Source: Phoronis australis (lineage: Eukaryota; Animalia; Phoronida). Taken from it: DNA of 64,000 nt. Numbering within the stretch: the first letter of the stretch is position 1; each line of letters starts with the position of its first letter. Shown here piece after piece: positions 1 to 15,390 of the stretch. The position numbers and the translations under genes were made by a program. The notes under the pieces were generated by a model. The model was not told the DNA's origin, ran no database searches, and worked only from the letters and a program-made list of their open reading frames with translations. The DNA lies in the NCBI GenBank assembly GCA_002633005.1, contig NMRA01000137.1, forward strand, positions 434,001-498,000. Reading direction: 5' to 3'.

Positions 1-369
1 CCTTTGACTTGAGCATTATACTCAGTTACTACTGGTTACCTACTTTAGCAGACGATATTTTCCCGGTCAAAGCTTATCGTGATAAAATGTGTAGTAAGCT
101 ATAATAGTTGCTAAACGTTAATTTATAGATTCACTTTACTTCTATTTTGTTTAAATTTTCAATTGGTTTTGAGTAAAAGCATTATTTGACAAAAATAGCT
201 CGGCTTTTCTTAAAAGATCACGGCCTCCGACCCCGGTCCTCTGACACAGAAAGTAGTTACAAAACCGAGGCGAGTCGAGAAAGGTAGATCGATTCATTAC
301 AATGTCTCTCGTTCAGTATGTGGTATAAATAGATTATTACATGTTCTCAGTTGTTACCCCCCTAATCTA
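1..369. mobile_element. Partial copy of the ~860-bp TA-targeting element (family A), hairpin deleted
   Basis: Highly similar to ~15672-16030 and ~16532-16900. Ends ...taatcta|tatatac like the copy ending at 17030. Truncated by the window edge. Confidence 0.9.
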
Positions 370-3300
370 TATATACTTCAACTCGGTAAAATTACATATT
401 TTCTGATAGTTGAAAGACTGTGAAATTTAATCTTGGACTTTATACCAATGTGTCATAGTCATAAATCGTAACCGTATCAATAACATGACCAACTTTCGAT
501 TGATAAAAATGTTGGGAGTGAAATCTCAAAAACGCTGTAACAATTGTGTAAAGTATCATTTCGTTTTCGTGTCATGCATCTTTTGGGTTTGTATGAATAC
601 CGTGGCATGCCTATGTTTTGATAGTCCCTATTGCCAAAGTGGACATTTTCAAATCAATTCCTGATTGCATTTTAGAGACCAGTGTATCAAGCATAGTATC
701 GGAAGGTTTCATAAAAATCAGATCAGGCATTTTAAAGATATGATGTTCCAAAGTCAGTTTTGGACATTTTTTATCATTAAAAATGTTGAGGAACTAGACA
801 CAGTCAAGTAGGTATGTTAAAGACATGTTTGTAATGACACGAAGATTTTGTAATTAGCGTTTAGTCCAATGGAGGTAAAATGGAATCACCTTACATTACC
901 GTTTGAAGACGTTTTGAAGTTTACCATTCCTTGCTTGTTAGTCTATTGCAAACAGTTAAACCTGCCCATCACTGTTTAACGAAATAAGGGCCCACTTGCA
1001 TCATAATTAGCATGTCTTTTAAATTGTCCCCGTTATGGCCGTAATTGGTTAAAAAATCAATCCTCTAACTCGAGCTAGAGTCAAAAGTATGAGAATATAC
1101 ACTTTTTAATCAATTACGAACTTGTAGCGTAGGACCAAATGTCTGTCTTAAGTCACTCTAATTTTGCTATTTTCGGCCTAACCCATAGTCTAATCGTTTA
1201 GATTTTTAAGGACTGATTTATCCAGTGGTGTTCTAACGTCGCTGGTCGGCTGAAAGTAAATGATGCTTGTCCCCCCCTCAGTTTCTTGTGTACTGTTGAT
1301 TGACCCGCTTGATAGTGTGCCCGTGGCCGACGTGTCACAGGAATCAAAAGTGTGAGTTAGAGCATGGGAGAGGTACGGGGATGAAAAAACTTTGTTGTCG
1401 GAAGATTCCGACATCAAAGGCTGCCGTCAATGCTGGATCAGCCACCCGACATCTGACTGGTTTAGGAACCGGAAGTCGTCTTAGAGAACTATCCAGACGC
1501 GTTAGTCGGTTTACGCGGTAGAACCCGCGAAATCAACCAAGTGTACCTAACGATAAGGATGAACTACACAATCCCGATCGACAGCGTCCGGGTAAATGTA
1601 TTTCAATTGGACCGCTATTACAGTCACTCTCTACCAGCTAACCTACCGTCGGCTTCTGGCGACGCAGCGGGAGATCACGTGGCAAACACGTGGCCTGCGC
1701 GTTTAACCAGAGTTAGAAAATAACTTCTACGGAGTTCACTCCGAAACTTATCAAATAATAAACTTCAACATGTTTAACATCAAAATTACATCGATGAACG
1801 TGCAGTTAGTAGTTAAGGCATCTCCCAAAATGAATACTCCCTTCAGAGACTGGTGAACTTCAGGAAAAACCTAACCAGAAAATCTCTATGACTTGCGTTT
1901 CGCGCCTGCGCTCAAATTCTGGCCGAAGAAGGGCTTGCTTTGACGTCACGTCCTGAAACTATCCGGATAGACTTTGTTCAAATCGTATTAACCAACTGCG
2001 TATTGAGATCTGAGAAGCAATTTGCACGTAACTGCAGATGTCTTTATCGATAAAACGGATCCGAGATAGTATATTCATGTAGCGAGATCTTCTGTTCACA
2101 GAACCTGTTTCTAGACACTGACTCAACAATTAGTTACTCTCATGTGTTGCTTGCTCAATTGCTTTTCGTATAATACACTACGACGGAGCATTTTGGCTGG
2201 CATTAGTAAAATTTAATTAGAAGAATCAAGCACGACATATCTTCCGGGAACGTACCAAATATGGTCTCAAAATCTTCGTTGAAGACATTTTGGCATGGCA
2301 CTTGTCGGCAAAATGACTTTAGAAATGAATACAAGCTTCGCTGTTAATTCACCAGCCTGTATGTCAAAGTTACTAAACGCGTTTTTCGCCCACAGCCTCT
2401 TTAATTAGAGGACTTGTAGTTATGAAATTGCTTTCAACTTGCTCCACACTAACACATGAGGTGATTGCTAATAACTGACAGTTCGGTATAGCTTTAAACT
2501 AAGCGCGAAAAGTTAGCCTATCAAGGTGGGAAATTTTATGCGCCTTGTGAGGTTTCGGGCGGTAACGGGCTGGCAAGTCTTCACGAGCCCAGAAATCAAG
2601 TCTCACACGGGAGTTTCAAGAGCAAGTCGATAACTGGGTCGAGTTCGAACAATAGCTGTCATCGCGAGAAAATCTAGCCAAACTTACGTAACTGAAAATA
2701 CGCGTCATCCTACGGATTCTAGCGAGATCTTGCTTTTGTATCGAGGTGTTATGGTTATTTAACTCGATCCAGTTTTATAGTGGCAATCAGTCTAAACCAT
2801 TTTTTTGTTTGACCGAAAGTGATTTTATGCAGCTTTGTTGTTATGTGGGCTCTTGTCAATAAAGTTGTGCAGTCAGTCAAATGTCTACAAAACTATAAAA
2901 ATTTAACCTAGTTTTCTGAAAATAGAAAGGCTTAGAATTTGATTTTTAACTTCATACCAATCCGCCAATGCTTTGGTCACGTGACTTTATCTTTTTAGTA
3001 AAATTTAGGGAAGACGAAATGTACAGTCATAGCAAAACTACACATCAATAACGCGATCTAAAGTCATTTAAAACAGTTGTACTAATTGTTCAAGACGAAA
3101 TCTCACAACCGGTGTTTCACTTTTCTGAATTTTCGTTGTCGTTTTGTAAAAATTTTGTTTTTTTCTTAATACTGTACAGTGTATCTCTGATTTCACTAGC
3201 TTTCAGTTGTATTTCCCTTTTTATTTGAAGCAAAGAACAGTACTCGCTTGAATGAAACAAGCTACTGCTTAAAAGTTTTTGATGGTCGACATATGCATCA

Positions 3301-5879
3301 AACTATAAAAATATGTGCGTCACAGGCTCGCTCTCAGGGTTTTCATTGGTCACCATGTTTAAGGACGAACCTACTTTCCGTATACGCAAGACACTCGCGA
3401 ACTTGACTAGGTCAAGCAATTAGATAATGCAAAACCACGTGAGTGAAAGCGAATGTTCGCGAGTAAACTCGGGACTATGTGTGCTCGTGCACACTAGCAA
3501 AACGGCGGAAACCAAGACTTGTTGGCGAGGCTAGAGTATGAAATTATGGGATAGAATTCGGGGTTTCCGTTCGGTGAGTGAAAGCTGCTCGTCACAGGTG
3601 CCTCGCGAGGGCAATGCGTTTACGAAAAGCATCCTTCTTTTAAAAGATGAAACCGAAGAACAATCATGATGACGTTATGTCCAACCAATCACAAATTAAA
3701 TCTTAAACGGAAGTTGACTTCATATGACCCTATTGTTTGTATACTGGTGATATTCAATTCGTCCAGCGTTCGTACTTCACACGAAATACGACGTCCGAGG
3801 ATTATTGCAATTTACCATCGTTGTTGTTTGGTATATAGTATGATATTTTTAAATATAATATAATATTATATAATATGTAAGTTTGTGTGTTAATTGGTTT
3901 CGAAAGTTTTGAACTAATATCGTTAACGTGTTGTGTAAGAGGAAATAAGTGGCATCGATTGTCTCTGTTTTCCCCTAATTTGATCCACGTTGATGGAGAA
4001 ATCTAACATAAAAGTGCTTTTTAATTTAATTATCTAGTTATTTGAAATCATTCATATAATTAATATATTAAAGTCTGTACAGCACGTACGACGGTTTCGG
4101 ATATTCCCGACTTGATGTTGAGATTTAAAACTAGAAGAATTCATGCTACCCGGACTACACGTCTGAGCGACTCACAAACACGGATTGCAGGTCTGCAAAT
4201 TCAGGACACCTCCTGGACACGTCCCCGCGTTCATAAAACACGACTAAAGGACCCAAAAAGCACGGATCACTGACTCACAAATCACGTGCATCACTAGGCG
4301 AGAGTCTGCGAGACATGTTAGAGGCTGTAAATCCGGTCTTAGATAAGACAGTCACATCACTTCAATTTCCACATAATTTATTTAGTAAAGTGGTTTGAAA
4401 AGGTGGTCATTATGTATGAATATGAAATTTATCAACTGATCGACAGTTGCAACGCTTTGCCTATATCAATAAACGTTGCAGCGCGTTCGCACTAACGACC
4501 GGGACGTTAATCTGTAACCTTAACGTCCTTCGATAAAAGTGACTCCAATTGCGCGATCTTTATTTTTACTATAACAAATTTCGCCCTCAATATTGATATT
4601 ATTATGATGTGTGCACAAGGAACCGAAATGCAAATCAAAGACAATGTTTTCCTCAAACGATGACTGGGCGAGTCGGGGGATATTCGCCACATCGAATTTT
4701 CTAGACCCAACAAAGGCGGGTCCTGCTTTTTACGAACGGGTAGGTCCAAGTAAAACGATTTTGTTTCTGAAGACATTTCGATATCACAAACAATAAGAAA
4801 TAAACCTGGTTTGAATTGAGTGTCATGATCTCTGTGTCCAGCGATGTATAGAAAAGAAAAATAGAAATCGTCTACTTTTCCGTGGCGTTTGTTTACCACT
4901 TTGCTAAAAAATGGAAGGTCTACACTCCTGGACTCTTCATCTGGATCCGCTTGTGGTCTATCAATATTGTCTACTTGCTATTAAAAAGACATTTTCAGGG
5001 GCATACTCCTCGGCACTGAAATATTGTAACTGGAATCTATTTTAAACGTTTTATCAGAAAATTGAGAAGAAAATTTACATTGGTGCTCATTTCCATTGAA
5101 TATGCGGAATTTGTTTGTTCGAAGTACCGTTATGCCCTTAATAGTCGCACCGGGCGTATTTTCTGAGATTCGTATGGTACACAATCTGCGGTTATTTAAT
5201 CATCATTTTTGGAACAAAAGTGCTGGTGAATGAAAAATAAAACAAAAACTCTCAACAAGGTGCGATACGTTGGCCTAAAAACATCAAAGTTTTGGATTTT
5301 ATCGTTCTTTACCTTAACTTTCAGTCGCAATGTGGCCACATCTGTTTACTTAGATTTGTGTTCAAAGTGTCAAAAATCGTTCATCGTTCAGTATAGTGTC
5401 TCTGCTTGATCAACACGATCTCACGTTCCTCAAGGGAATGATAAACCACTTGCGGATGCAAGCAAAAAACAACTTTCGAACGATTGTTTCTTGATTCGCT
5501 TTTGACGCTCAATTACGTTGTTTGATGAAGTACAATTCTATAACATAAACTTCATTCTACAACCATGCACAAATCAGATTGCCATCATATTTAAACAAGT
5601 TTTATGGTAATAACATAACCGCTTCAAAGAACATATGTGATAATGGCCCTGACAGAAAGACGACAGTCACAATATAACTATTGTTACGATTCGATTTCTG
5701 CAAGGAGAAGCAAATGTGTTGCCTCTCGGACGTTTTAGTCGGATTTCCCCGGTGTGTAATTGGTCATGCGCATCGCAAATTGCAGATTTGCTTTTTCTTA
5801 GTAGACATTTTAGTTTTCACATTATGTAAATGGGCCTGGGTATTATAGACACTCTATCCACTACAGTCACTAGTTTAGA

Positions 5880-6160
5880 ACACAGGAGAAGTTTTGTCAG
5901 TCGAAAGCTATCACAAAATATAACGATTTCGTAACTTTCAGCCCTGATTGTGTGTGCCTTATTTTTTCAAGTGGGCAGGGTTTCGTCGTAAACCTCATTT
6001 CATATGACGTCAGTTGAATGGGTACCCATAATGCATGAGTCAGCTGTCACTCAGTACGGCGGCCGGTGGTGCACCACCAAAAATAAAAAAAATTAAAAGC
6101 AAAATCACATTAAATTCAGTTACGTTTGAAACTGTTTGGAATTGTGTTGAATGAGCATTA
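5880..6160. repeat. Old dispersed repeat family D copy 1 (DNA-transposon-like)
   Basis: Diverged inverted copy at ~22425-22720 sharing ggtggtgcaccacc, gtacccataat and gaatgagcatt. Boundaries approximate. Confidence 0.65.
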
Positions 6161-8556
6161 TTTTGGCGTATTTTTTCTACGAACCACCTTGCTTTAAAGA
6201 CCGTATAATCAAGTTTTTAACTGATATGAAGCAGGAAAGTATCTTTAAGAAAGAAATAAACAAGACACGCATTTCGGGATATTTGGTTTCATATGAAAGA
6301 GGATGAAAATAAACGAGTAGTTGGGTTGTTTGTTTCGACTTTGTGTCTGCACTGATGGAGGAACCAATAGCTTTGCTTAAAATATACTCTGACTTTTTGA
6401 TTTTGAGGTGCGATAGTAAATGACAAAAGCGAGGACAACTGCAGTTTACACAGCTGATAGGTCGTGACTATGACAAACAAATTTTCCATTGGATAGTAAA
6501 CACGTCTTGTTGCTTGTTTCTCGTGAGTGACTAGCGTAATGGAACGCGCCCCAGCAGGATTCCTGATGAACACAATCAAGGAAGACAATCAAAACCACTT
6601 TAATATGCAATTGTAGCCCACGGGTACTGATCAAGGGCGCGTTGTGTAACGCAAAACACTAAAGATTGTTTATAGCTCGTGCGATGCGGTTCTTGTTTAA
6701 TGGTGACCAGTACTGTACTATTCTCCAATTCTTACTTAGCTTATTTCAACAGTGTACCACCTACGTAGAACTCGAAACACCCGAGATGTGTACTCACTTA
6801 CGATTTCTCCGCTTTATTTACATGTAGCAAACTATTTTGAATTGTAAATGTCTGACGGTGACATCGGGTAAGCACCACAAAGTATCGCAAACGACATGGT
6901 CATTATTTGTGATCGGTTAATTTGCGCCTTGGCGGTTCTGTAACAGTATCAAAGTAAACACGTCGTTAAGAATGTCAAATATATCCATAAGATTGATTTC
7001 TTGAGCTAAAAGCTACATTGTGGGATTCACAATGAAAGAGAGTCGAGCAACTTTTGCATCATATGCTGCAATAGTTCAGGGTAATGAAACATACTAAAGA
7101 TGCCAGTTCGTTCGCAATACTTCGCAATGTGTCCGATCTGCGATGTAATTGAGAAATTGGAGTTGATGGATTCCATTAAGTTTTGACGCCAATCAAATCT
7201 AATATGTAACGTCAACCTTTCATGATATATTAAGCAGCAAAGGTCTGTGTAAGTACTCACGATATTAAACATTTCTCTCAAAGAGTTGCCCAACCTGTGA
7301 TAGTCTATTGTTTTGCAGGGTTCCATGGCATTTACGTCATTCCCAATCACCCAATCAGGAACAGTGTAGGGTTAAAAGTTTCTCGTGGCCGTAGGCTATG
7401 CGACTCCAGGGACTCTAGTAATTTGAGCTTTCCCCTGAACATCACAATTTGTTCAGGAACCCCCATCGCAACAATTTTCAATCTAAACCCATTCGTTCCA
7501 TTCTCCGGACTTTTGAGGGTCCCCCGTCGGGGGCGACAAAGTTGGCCGAAATCATGAGGACTTTAGGCTGAGGTTCATCGATATTCCGACTCTCGGGAAC
7601 AAGTAACCATTACCATGTGTAAATCCTTTAATGAACTTCCTGATAGACCGTAGTCGTCGGACGAATTGACTTAAAATTTTCAATGCCCGGTAATTTTTTT
7701 GTCCATGACGTCACAGGAAGACAATAACGCAGTCGGCGCAGGGCTTCAGTTGACTGCAGAACTGCGTTGCTCGATAGCGTTTCAGTCGAAATGCATTCAA
7801 CTGAACGATTTCGATTGTGTCTGTGTAAATAATCTTCTTAGGAATCTTCCTATGACGGAAGTCCTTCATTCACCCAACGCGTATACTCACACTAATATCC
7901 CTCTCTCGCTGTTCGGCACGTGCAGTCACTATTTGTGACGGCAGTTCACAACTGTATTCTATTTTAGCTGGTCTACTTTGATCAGATTTTGGATTCTAAG
8001 TTACTTTCAAACACTATCATAGCCTATATAATACATTTAGATTGCATTCACTGGACGTGCAAACTTTGAAAGCTTGCAAGTAGCACTTTTATGGGACATT
8101 ATCAGTTTTACCGCCGAAAAACGCACATTGAGGAATGTTGTTGGATAAGAAAGACTTCTGTGCCGGGTTGCACGAAACAGACCCAAATACGGACTCGAAT
8201 AAGTTTCCTAATTCTTTTGTCAATTTCTTTCTTTCTTTACTCCTATCATTTCATCATTATTATGCGCTTCTCTTCGACTAATAAAATTTTTTAAGATTAC
8301 TAGAAACTGAGCCCTGTATTAAGTTAAAAAATAGGGACTTAGTCCTTAGATTAGGGGCGTTGCATGAAAAAAATCCTATTTATTTTCGATAATGTTAAGA
8401 GTTCAACGTCAAGTTTACTCTCGATTTGTGTCAAAACCAAAATAATTGACTCAATAATGAAGCTAAAACAGCATACGAAAGGACAATCGGGGTTTCCACA
8501 AGTTCACAAATACACAGTAGATTTAGGAAATTTAGTTGAGTCCCTATAGACCTAAT

Positions 8557-8945
8557 TCACGCCCTAGTGATTGAAAAATTCTCTTTGAAGTTCAAATCCC
8601 CTAACCACACAGGTGACAATTTGAAAGAGCACAAAATGCTACAGACCCTATGAGAACTTGCAACAGGGCGGATGGTGATCGGGAGGTAGATTTTTCCCCT
8701 CTCAGAAGGCTTAGGCACCTTCCCTTCGGATGAACGAGGCCCCTGAAGAAACATGATAACTATGTTCTGTACAGTTAACTGAAATTGAGCTCAAAAACAA
8801 GTTTATGCTTTGGACGAACGAATTAGGTGTTTTAGTTTTAAAATTTAACTTGGTCCAGATTGATATTTGAAACATAACACATGAAATAGACGTAAGAATT
8901 ATTAAAACCAAGAAAGCAGAATTGATGGTCAGATAATTGTTATTT
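8557..8945. repeat. Dispersed repeat family E copy 1
   Basis: Reverse-complement match to 51930-52875 once the two nested MITEs are removed, e.g. gaaagcagaattgatggtca and aacatgataactatg. Confidence 0.85.
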
Positions 8946-9721
8946 TCAATTACCAGCCTGGTTAGTTATTTTAATTAAAAATGTATTTAGTAACAGCAAT
9001 TATTCTTTCAAATCAATGACAAATCAACTCTTAGTCCCGGTAGTCCCTACCTCACCAGGACACAGGCTATGCTTGAACAACAAATTAAACCAGATGTGAC
9101 TAATTGCACATCACAGCAAAATGTAATGAGCCACCATTGTCGAATATATCTTCAACTCGTCAACAATACGAGTAGATGACCTGGTTCGTGTAGAAAGCAT
9201 TATCAACAATTTACAAGAAGAAACGTAATCCTGCATTCACCATAATACCTAATATGTAACATTAAAATTGTCGCAATTTAGTCATAGTTACACTTTATGA
9301 TTCGAACCTAGTTTTCCGAACAAAAATTATACCCTTTCGTCAGACAACTCTTTGGTGCATTGACTTGTTCCCTAATGTATTTTTCTACATCTCTGTTGTT
9401 AATTATCGACAAATTTTTAAGACATAATGTCCAGGTTGGACTCGAAAGCCCGCCATTTAACTCACGCAATGTCAACTTCCGCTTTGTTTATCGCAGTGAG
9501 CCTCGCTTTGGATTTTAATGTCCGACGCGTGAGTTAGGTCTATGTGGGACTGTTTCATGCAACCGGGCATTAGATGTTACTAGCTTGGACCAGAGCTAAA
9601 AAACAATAAAATCTTTTGTTTCGTTGACTTTGTTAGAAAACGCCAATAATTGCCGTTGTCGAAATCAAGGCCGATGACTTCAAAAATAACTAGTTAGATA
9701 CGGTAATGTAAATATACTCTG

Positions 9722-9857
9722 CCATTCATCGTGTGAGGTCAGTAGAGGGTTAGACTGCGACCGCGGGGTTGCAGGTTCGATTCTTCGCTGAGACTGATGT
9801 CGGAAAATCACTTCTCGCCTATAAAACCCCTTTAACAGATATCCGCGACGTTAAACG
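9722..9857 (+). mobile_element. Degenerate tRNA-derived SINE
   Basis: B box GCAGGTTCGATTC at ~9771-9783 after a degenerate A-box region; 3' end gacgttaaac resembles invertebrate SINE tails. Confidence 0.55.
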
Positions 9858-11839
9858 CTAGTCGATTGGTGCGTGTTTGAGTGTGACTGTCATAGCACGA
9901 ACAATATTGATAATTACTCTAAACAAAGACAGTTCCCGGAAATCAACGTCTTCTATTTTCCGTTTCTTTTTTCTTGACAAATTATGTTTTCGGGTGATCT
10001 TCCTTATTTCATTTCTATTATGAAACCAATTACGCCATTCCAAGGATGTGAGTAACACAATGAAAGGCAGCCATTAATTCGGAGCTCGGATATCAAGATT
10101 TGAGCCTTTGATTTCCGACTTTACAAGTAATCTTCTAATTTGAAAAGAATAATTAGGAAAAGGACTTCAAAGTTATCAAAAACGAGATGCCGTTGACAAT
10201 GTTTATTATGGGACATCTCAATAGTAGTCATATCATTCTTTAGACATTTTCGTCTAATAAATGGAAATGAGGGAGACTCGAAGTCTTATAAACGCAGCAC
10301 ACTATCAAAACTTCGTGCTATATGATGACCTCAAATGCGTGGTATTTCATAGGTTAAGTACATTTTAATTGCGACCGTGTTTATGGCGAGCTGATACCGA
10401 TTTTATCTTGGCTGGTAACTCGGTAACTGGTTCGCCGGTACCTGCATTGTGAGCATGCCTATAGGCCTACATCCGGGATCTTTCGGATGTCCATCACTAT
10501 TATTAGAAGTTATTATAATTTTGCTTCACTCATTCGCGTGTGAGCTCACTGAAATTTTAAAACGACTTGGACTCAAAAAAAAACAGCATTACTTGTGCTG
10601 TTATCATCATTATGATAATGTTGTTACTGCTATAATGGCGCCAAAACTTAACGGAATTCATCAACTCTAATTTCCTCAATTACAATCGAAAATCGGACAT
10701 AATGCGCGGACGAATATCTTTATTGCCTTTCATTTCCCGGAACTATTACTGGCTAGGATTGAACGTCTTACAATGGAGCTTTAAAATCTAAAAATCAATG
10801 AACATATTTGCCATTCATATCCACGTGTTTACTTTGACATTGCCGCACAAGTTCAAACCACATTTAAACGAACACATATAACGGTCATGGATGTTTTTGC
10901 AGTTAATGAATTGTGTTGTATCCCTATTCCTCGCCACCTTTTGGCTGAAAATGTGGTTACACAAGTTGTACGACCTTTGATTTCATTAGTTATTTTCATT
11001 CCGCCTTGCTCACCGGTATCTGATTCCACAACCCATTACGGATACCCACAATTCCCTATCCTTAAAACGGTCACCACATTTGCAACTCGTTTCCGTAAAT
11101 TCGGCCCGTCTTCACAGAGGGGTCCAATAAAATTTGAGACTGGATCGGGCTCATGTGGTCTTTTGTTACACTAATGAGTTCCATGTCGGACATTTGCCAT
11201 TCGTACCCTTTCGGTAAATGTTGAAATGTCCAGCACTAACGTGGCGTACCGGAGTACGATATAGCCTCAATTTTTGACGTACAAAAGGGTACTCGACTTC
11301 TATCAGAGATACGTTCCGTAGAAGCTAAAAACACTCTTGCCATAGAAATCAAGTTAGACCACGCAAAATCGCCCGGGTGAAGGCATGTGTCTTGCGAGTA
11401 TGCTCGGGAGCTTCCATTGTGGCGCCCACTGAAGTGCTTGATCGGGCGGAATGTTAAATTATGGGTTGCTGTTTCCGTTACATGTATGGTCTAGACTTCA
11501 CCGTTCAGCAACTGCAAGTACATTCTTCGTTTTCAGTGAAAAACATTCCGTCATCCGGGTTGTCTTGTATAATGGCTAGGGCCTGAGATCTAATCTCTGA
11601 ACTCCAGCTCCAAATTTTATTCTGGGGTTTTCTGTTCTACTTATCACAAGCTCAAGATAAATGTCAAAAAGTTCCATTTCATTATGGATTACGGAAATGA
11701 AAGGTTTATGCTAGAGTGAGAGCCCGCTAAAACTTCAAGTCGTACGAACCTGAGGCATTCTGAATGACCATAGCCAAGTTTTCTCCTGAGGTCACAAGAG
11801 CTGCTTTGAGTTACGCAATATATGTCTGGATCGTGATGC

Positions 11840-12398
11840 AGGCTGGTTCCCTGCGTGCCGCTAGGTGGTTAGTAGCCAGCACGCAGGTATCACTTAATTT
11901 TCCTCGGGAAACTTTTTACATCGGCGTTTCTGATTGGCTTGTCGAATTCTCGACAGTCAGCGCTTTACGCAAACAAACTGGGATGACTGATAGACTGAAG
12001 TGTAAATGTGGTCTGTTGTACAGACAAATCGGTGCTCAAAATTTATGTTCAGGAAATGTGAATCCTAGAAATTGTGGTTGAGCCTTAACGAAGTGCATCT
12101 TTCTACTGTCGATTACTTTTGTTTACGATACTATCCTTTATTCATACAGTATGAATAACACACCGGTTAAATCGACCAGATATGTGTTTATTGTACATAA
12201 ATGTGATTTAAGCACGCGGCTATCAAACATCATTGCTGCGACGCCACTTGCATGACAAGGCTTAAAATCGTTCACAGTCCGCCATTTTTTCACGGTGTTG
12301 TAAAGCTAACCAATGACTGCTGAGGTTACATCAACCAATTCTAAAGCGCGTGCCACTGCAAAATACGTGCGTGCTGGCTAGGCACGTAGGGAACGAGC
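11840..12398. mobile_element. MITE-like element, family C copy 1
   Basis: Terminal inverted repeats gctggttccctgcgtgcc / ggcacgtagggaacgagc and inner tagccagcacgca / tgcgtgctggcta. An inverted second copy lies at ~46787-47322. Confidence 0.8.
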
Positions 12399-13914
12399 GA
12401 GGACCATGATGATGTGCCTCCTTCAATTACACAAAGTGAACGTCTGGGATGCCAAGTTTTACCACAAAGCAGTTTACAAACAGAACGCATTGTGCTAATT
12501 GCCTGACTTTTACTCTTCAAATTAACTAAACTCCTCTGGCAATTGGATATTTTTTCCATTCAAAGCTGCTGAAATGTGTTGCCTTTAGAAACAAATTAGT
12601 TGCTTGCGTAAAAGCATGAATTCAACAACCGCGAACAAATTTGACATCTGAGGCGCATATTAACTGGCTCAAAAACTGAAGTGCTTACGCCAGCCAAGGC
12701 TAATGGTTCCCGACGGTAGTGAGCAACATTCGGGTCATTCGTCTCAAAAGAAAATTTGGCACTGATATTTTTGTAACCTCAAACTACTCCTCGCAGATGA
12801 ACGTTATCTGCGCATGTGAAAAAAGTCATGCAGCCAGGCATTGTGCAGTTTGATTGTCAAACGACAAGCCAAGAAACTAAAGTTTCCACATTACGGTGGC
12901 ACTCCACAGTTTTTGCTGATTTGGGGGCTTGGAAAACCAGGTCGAGTCAACTCCAACGGTTTGTTCCACTTAGTGTACAAAACCTGAAAATTTGAAGAGT
13001 ATAATGGGCCAAAAACTTCAAAAACCTTGCACAAAGTCTATTGAAACTAATTCCAAATTCATTTTTCACCTTTTACGATTACCGGAAGTGCAGCCGGCTA
13101 CTTGAAAAAACGAGCCAAAACACGCCAAATCAACAGTTTTAACCCAAACCACCATTTGCATGCGATTACTAAGAACTGAGAGACAATGCATTCAGAATGC
13201 CGAAACTCTCCAAATTCCAGAAATCAGGTGAAAACAGGGTGTCGACTAGCCAATTTTTTCACAAATCCAAAGAGTCTGTAGGGTACCTGAACTTCCTGCT
13301 TACAAGCTGAGCAAAAAGTGGGTCAAGGGGTCAAGCTGAAAGTCTTTCACAGATTAAAAAACAAGTAATCAAGCAAATGCCATTCGTAGCCTTCACACGT
13401 AGCACGAAACTTGAAATGCCCATCCAATCCAGCAGGTGCCAATTTTTAATGAAATTGGTGGACCTAAATTCAGCCGTGGCTCAAAAAAAAAACTGTGGGG
13501 TGCCACCTATCAGACACCGTTCACCTCCGAGGCATAATGTGATGCTACGGAAATACCTGATGTGTTCCGGAATGGAGGTCATGAATGAGTATGAACCTCC
13601 GGACCAGAAACTCGTCTGCGCACGCATAATGTACTCGAGCGCACAACTGTAGACCTCATCCTGAGTTCGCGCTCAAGTAGAACAGGAAATGCTAAAAATA
13701 AATTGAAGTTAAAGTTTGGAGATTGCATGTACATGTAACAATACTATCAAAGTACGTCAAGACTGGAAAATTGACAATATGTCATTACCATCTGTCGGTC
13801 ACTCAACAGCTTTGTCTTTGTTTGAAGAGGGGCGTTTTGTCGTATCCTTGGTCAGATTCATCTAAGGGTCGCAATCATCAGCATGTATATTGCTATAAGC
13901 ACACATACGCTAAC

Positions 13915-14228
13915 CCACCGCCGTTGTCACGGTGATTATAATCGTTCCTGTCATCACTGCTGGCATCGTAAAAGGTGCTACAGGTACCACTGTCATCACC
14001 ATCGCCATCGTCGTCATTATCACCGCCATTTTGACTTCATCGCCATCGTCGTCGCCATACTGGTGATGGCGGTTGCGATCACTGAGAGCGGTATTGGTGT
14101 TATAAAACCAAACACGAAATGACAATAGAAATTATGACAATGATGATTGTGATTGTGATGTCATTAAAATTATTACTATTATTATCATGTCATTATCATT
14201 GTTGTCATAACCATTATCATTATTATTA
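13915..14228. repeat. Degenerate (CAT/CGT/CAC)n trinucleotide low-complexity tract
   Basis: Cryptic triplet periodicity that produces spurious His/Val-rich ORFs. Confidence 0.75.
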
Positions 14229-14947
14229 AAAATTTCCCTCCGACTTCTCGTAAACGACTCAATATACAACTTCACTATCACTGTCTATACACAACCATTG
14301 TCGTTTGCGTTTCTTATACGACTTTTAGGTTGAAAAATCACGTCGAACACCTGTCTACCCAATATGAATGGCCAAAAAAATCACGTATGTCGGAACATCT
14401 ATTTACCCACTCCGATTATCCAAAAAGCACTCTTTGTCGTTGTTCTGTGCCTTTGTGGATTTACGCTAAATTGTCAAGCTACTTTCTTAAAAACTGAGCC
14501 TTATGCGTTTGCGTAGCTTTTAAAAAACAGAAATTCTCCGAAAGAGATATGAGTAGCTGTTTTAATTCGTTAACCAGTAAGGCGAAAGTTTCAAAAGGAG
14601 TCGTACGCGGACTCAACCAATTGTTTTACTTTTCGACGTATATTAATAAGAAGCCTTCTGCCAAAAAAGGATATCTAGAGCAGGACGTATAGGTCCGTAA
14701 TGTTTCAGAACAGGCTCATGACCTCTGTTTGTCAGGGCAGGGAGAGTTTCAGCCGCGGAAGCAGTCAGGTCGTCAGAGGAATTCCAGTCGGTTTATTGCA
14801 CCGATTTGTATTCAAGTAACACATGACAACATTGTGTAAATTCGACCATGGGAAAATGATAAATAGAGAGGTAAATAAAAAATACGTTCATCCACTTGAT
14901 GAAATTGATGAAATACAATATCAACACAGTGGGATATATATACTGTA

Positions 14948-15165
14948 TATATGTGTGTGTGTGTGTGTGTGTGCATATATATTTCACTTGTGATAAAAGA
15001 TATGTGANNNNNNNNNNNNNNNNNNNNNNNNNNGTGTGTGTGTGTGTGTGTGTGTGTACAGGATGGACCACTCAAACAAATGACGTCAATGGCATATCCC
15101 ATATATATATATATATAGGATATACTATACTATACTGACTTCATTCGTTTGAGTGGTCTATACTA

Positions 15166-15208
<43 letters not shown>

Positions 15209-15296
15209 TGTATATATTCTGTATATATAGATACATGCATACATACATATATACATTAATACATACATACATATCTGTATATATATATATATATAT
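14948..15296. repeat. Compound (TG)n/(TA)n/(TACA)n microsatellite containing an assembly gap
   Basis: Direct reading; N run at 15008-15033. Confidence 0.95.
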
Positions 15297-15390
15297 GTTT
15301 TGCACCACAATATTAGCCTCGAATGGCAGATACAACCGTGTAATAACCCATAAAGTTATCTCACTAGTGAGATGACATTTTGGCGGGAAA

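Noticed and set aside
4507-4899. 130-aa minus-strand ORF, and similar isolated ORFs at 42092-42568, 48639-49076 and 54687-55070
   Set aside because: No recognisable domain, often non-ATG starts, and no consistent splice partners.
7319-7602. Possible exon after a ttttgcag acceptor in the presumed mGluR intron
   Set aside because: No frame resembles an mGluR N-terminus and the donor is weak.
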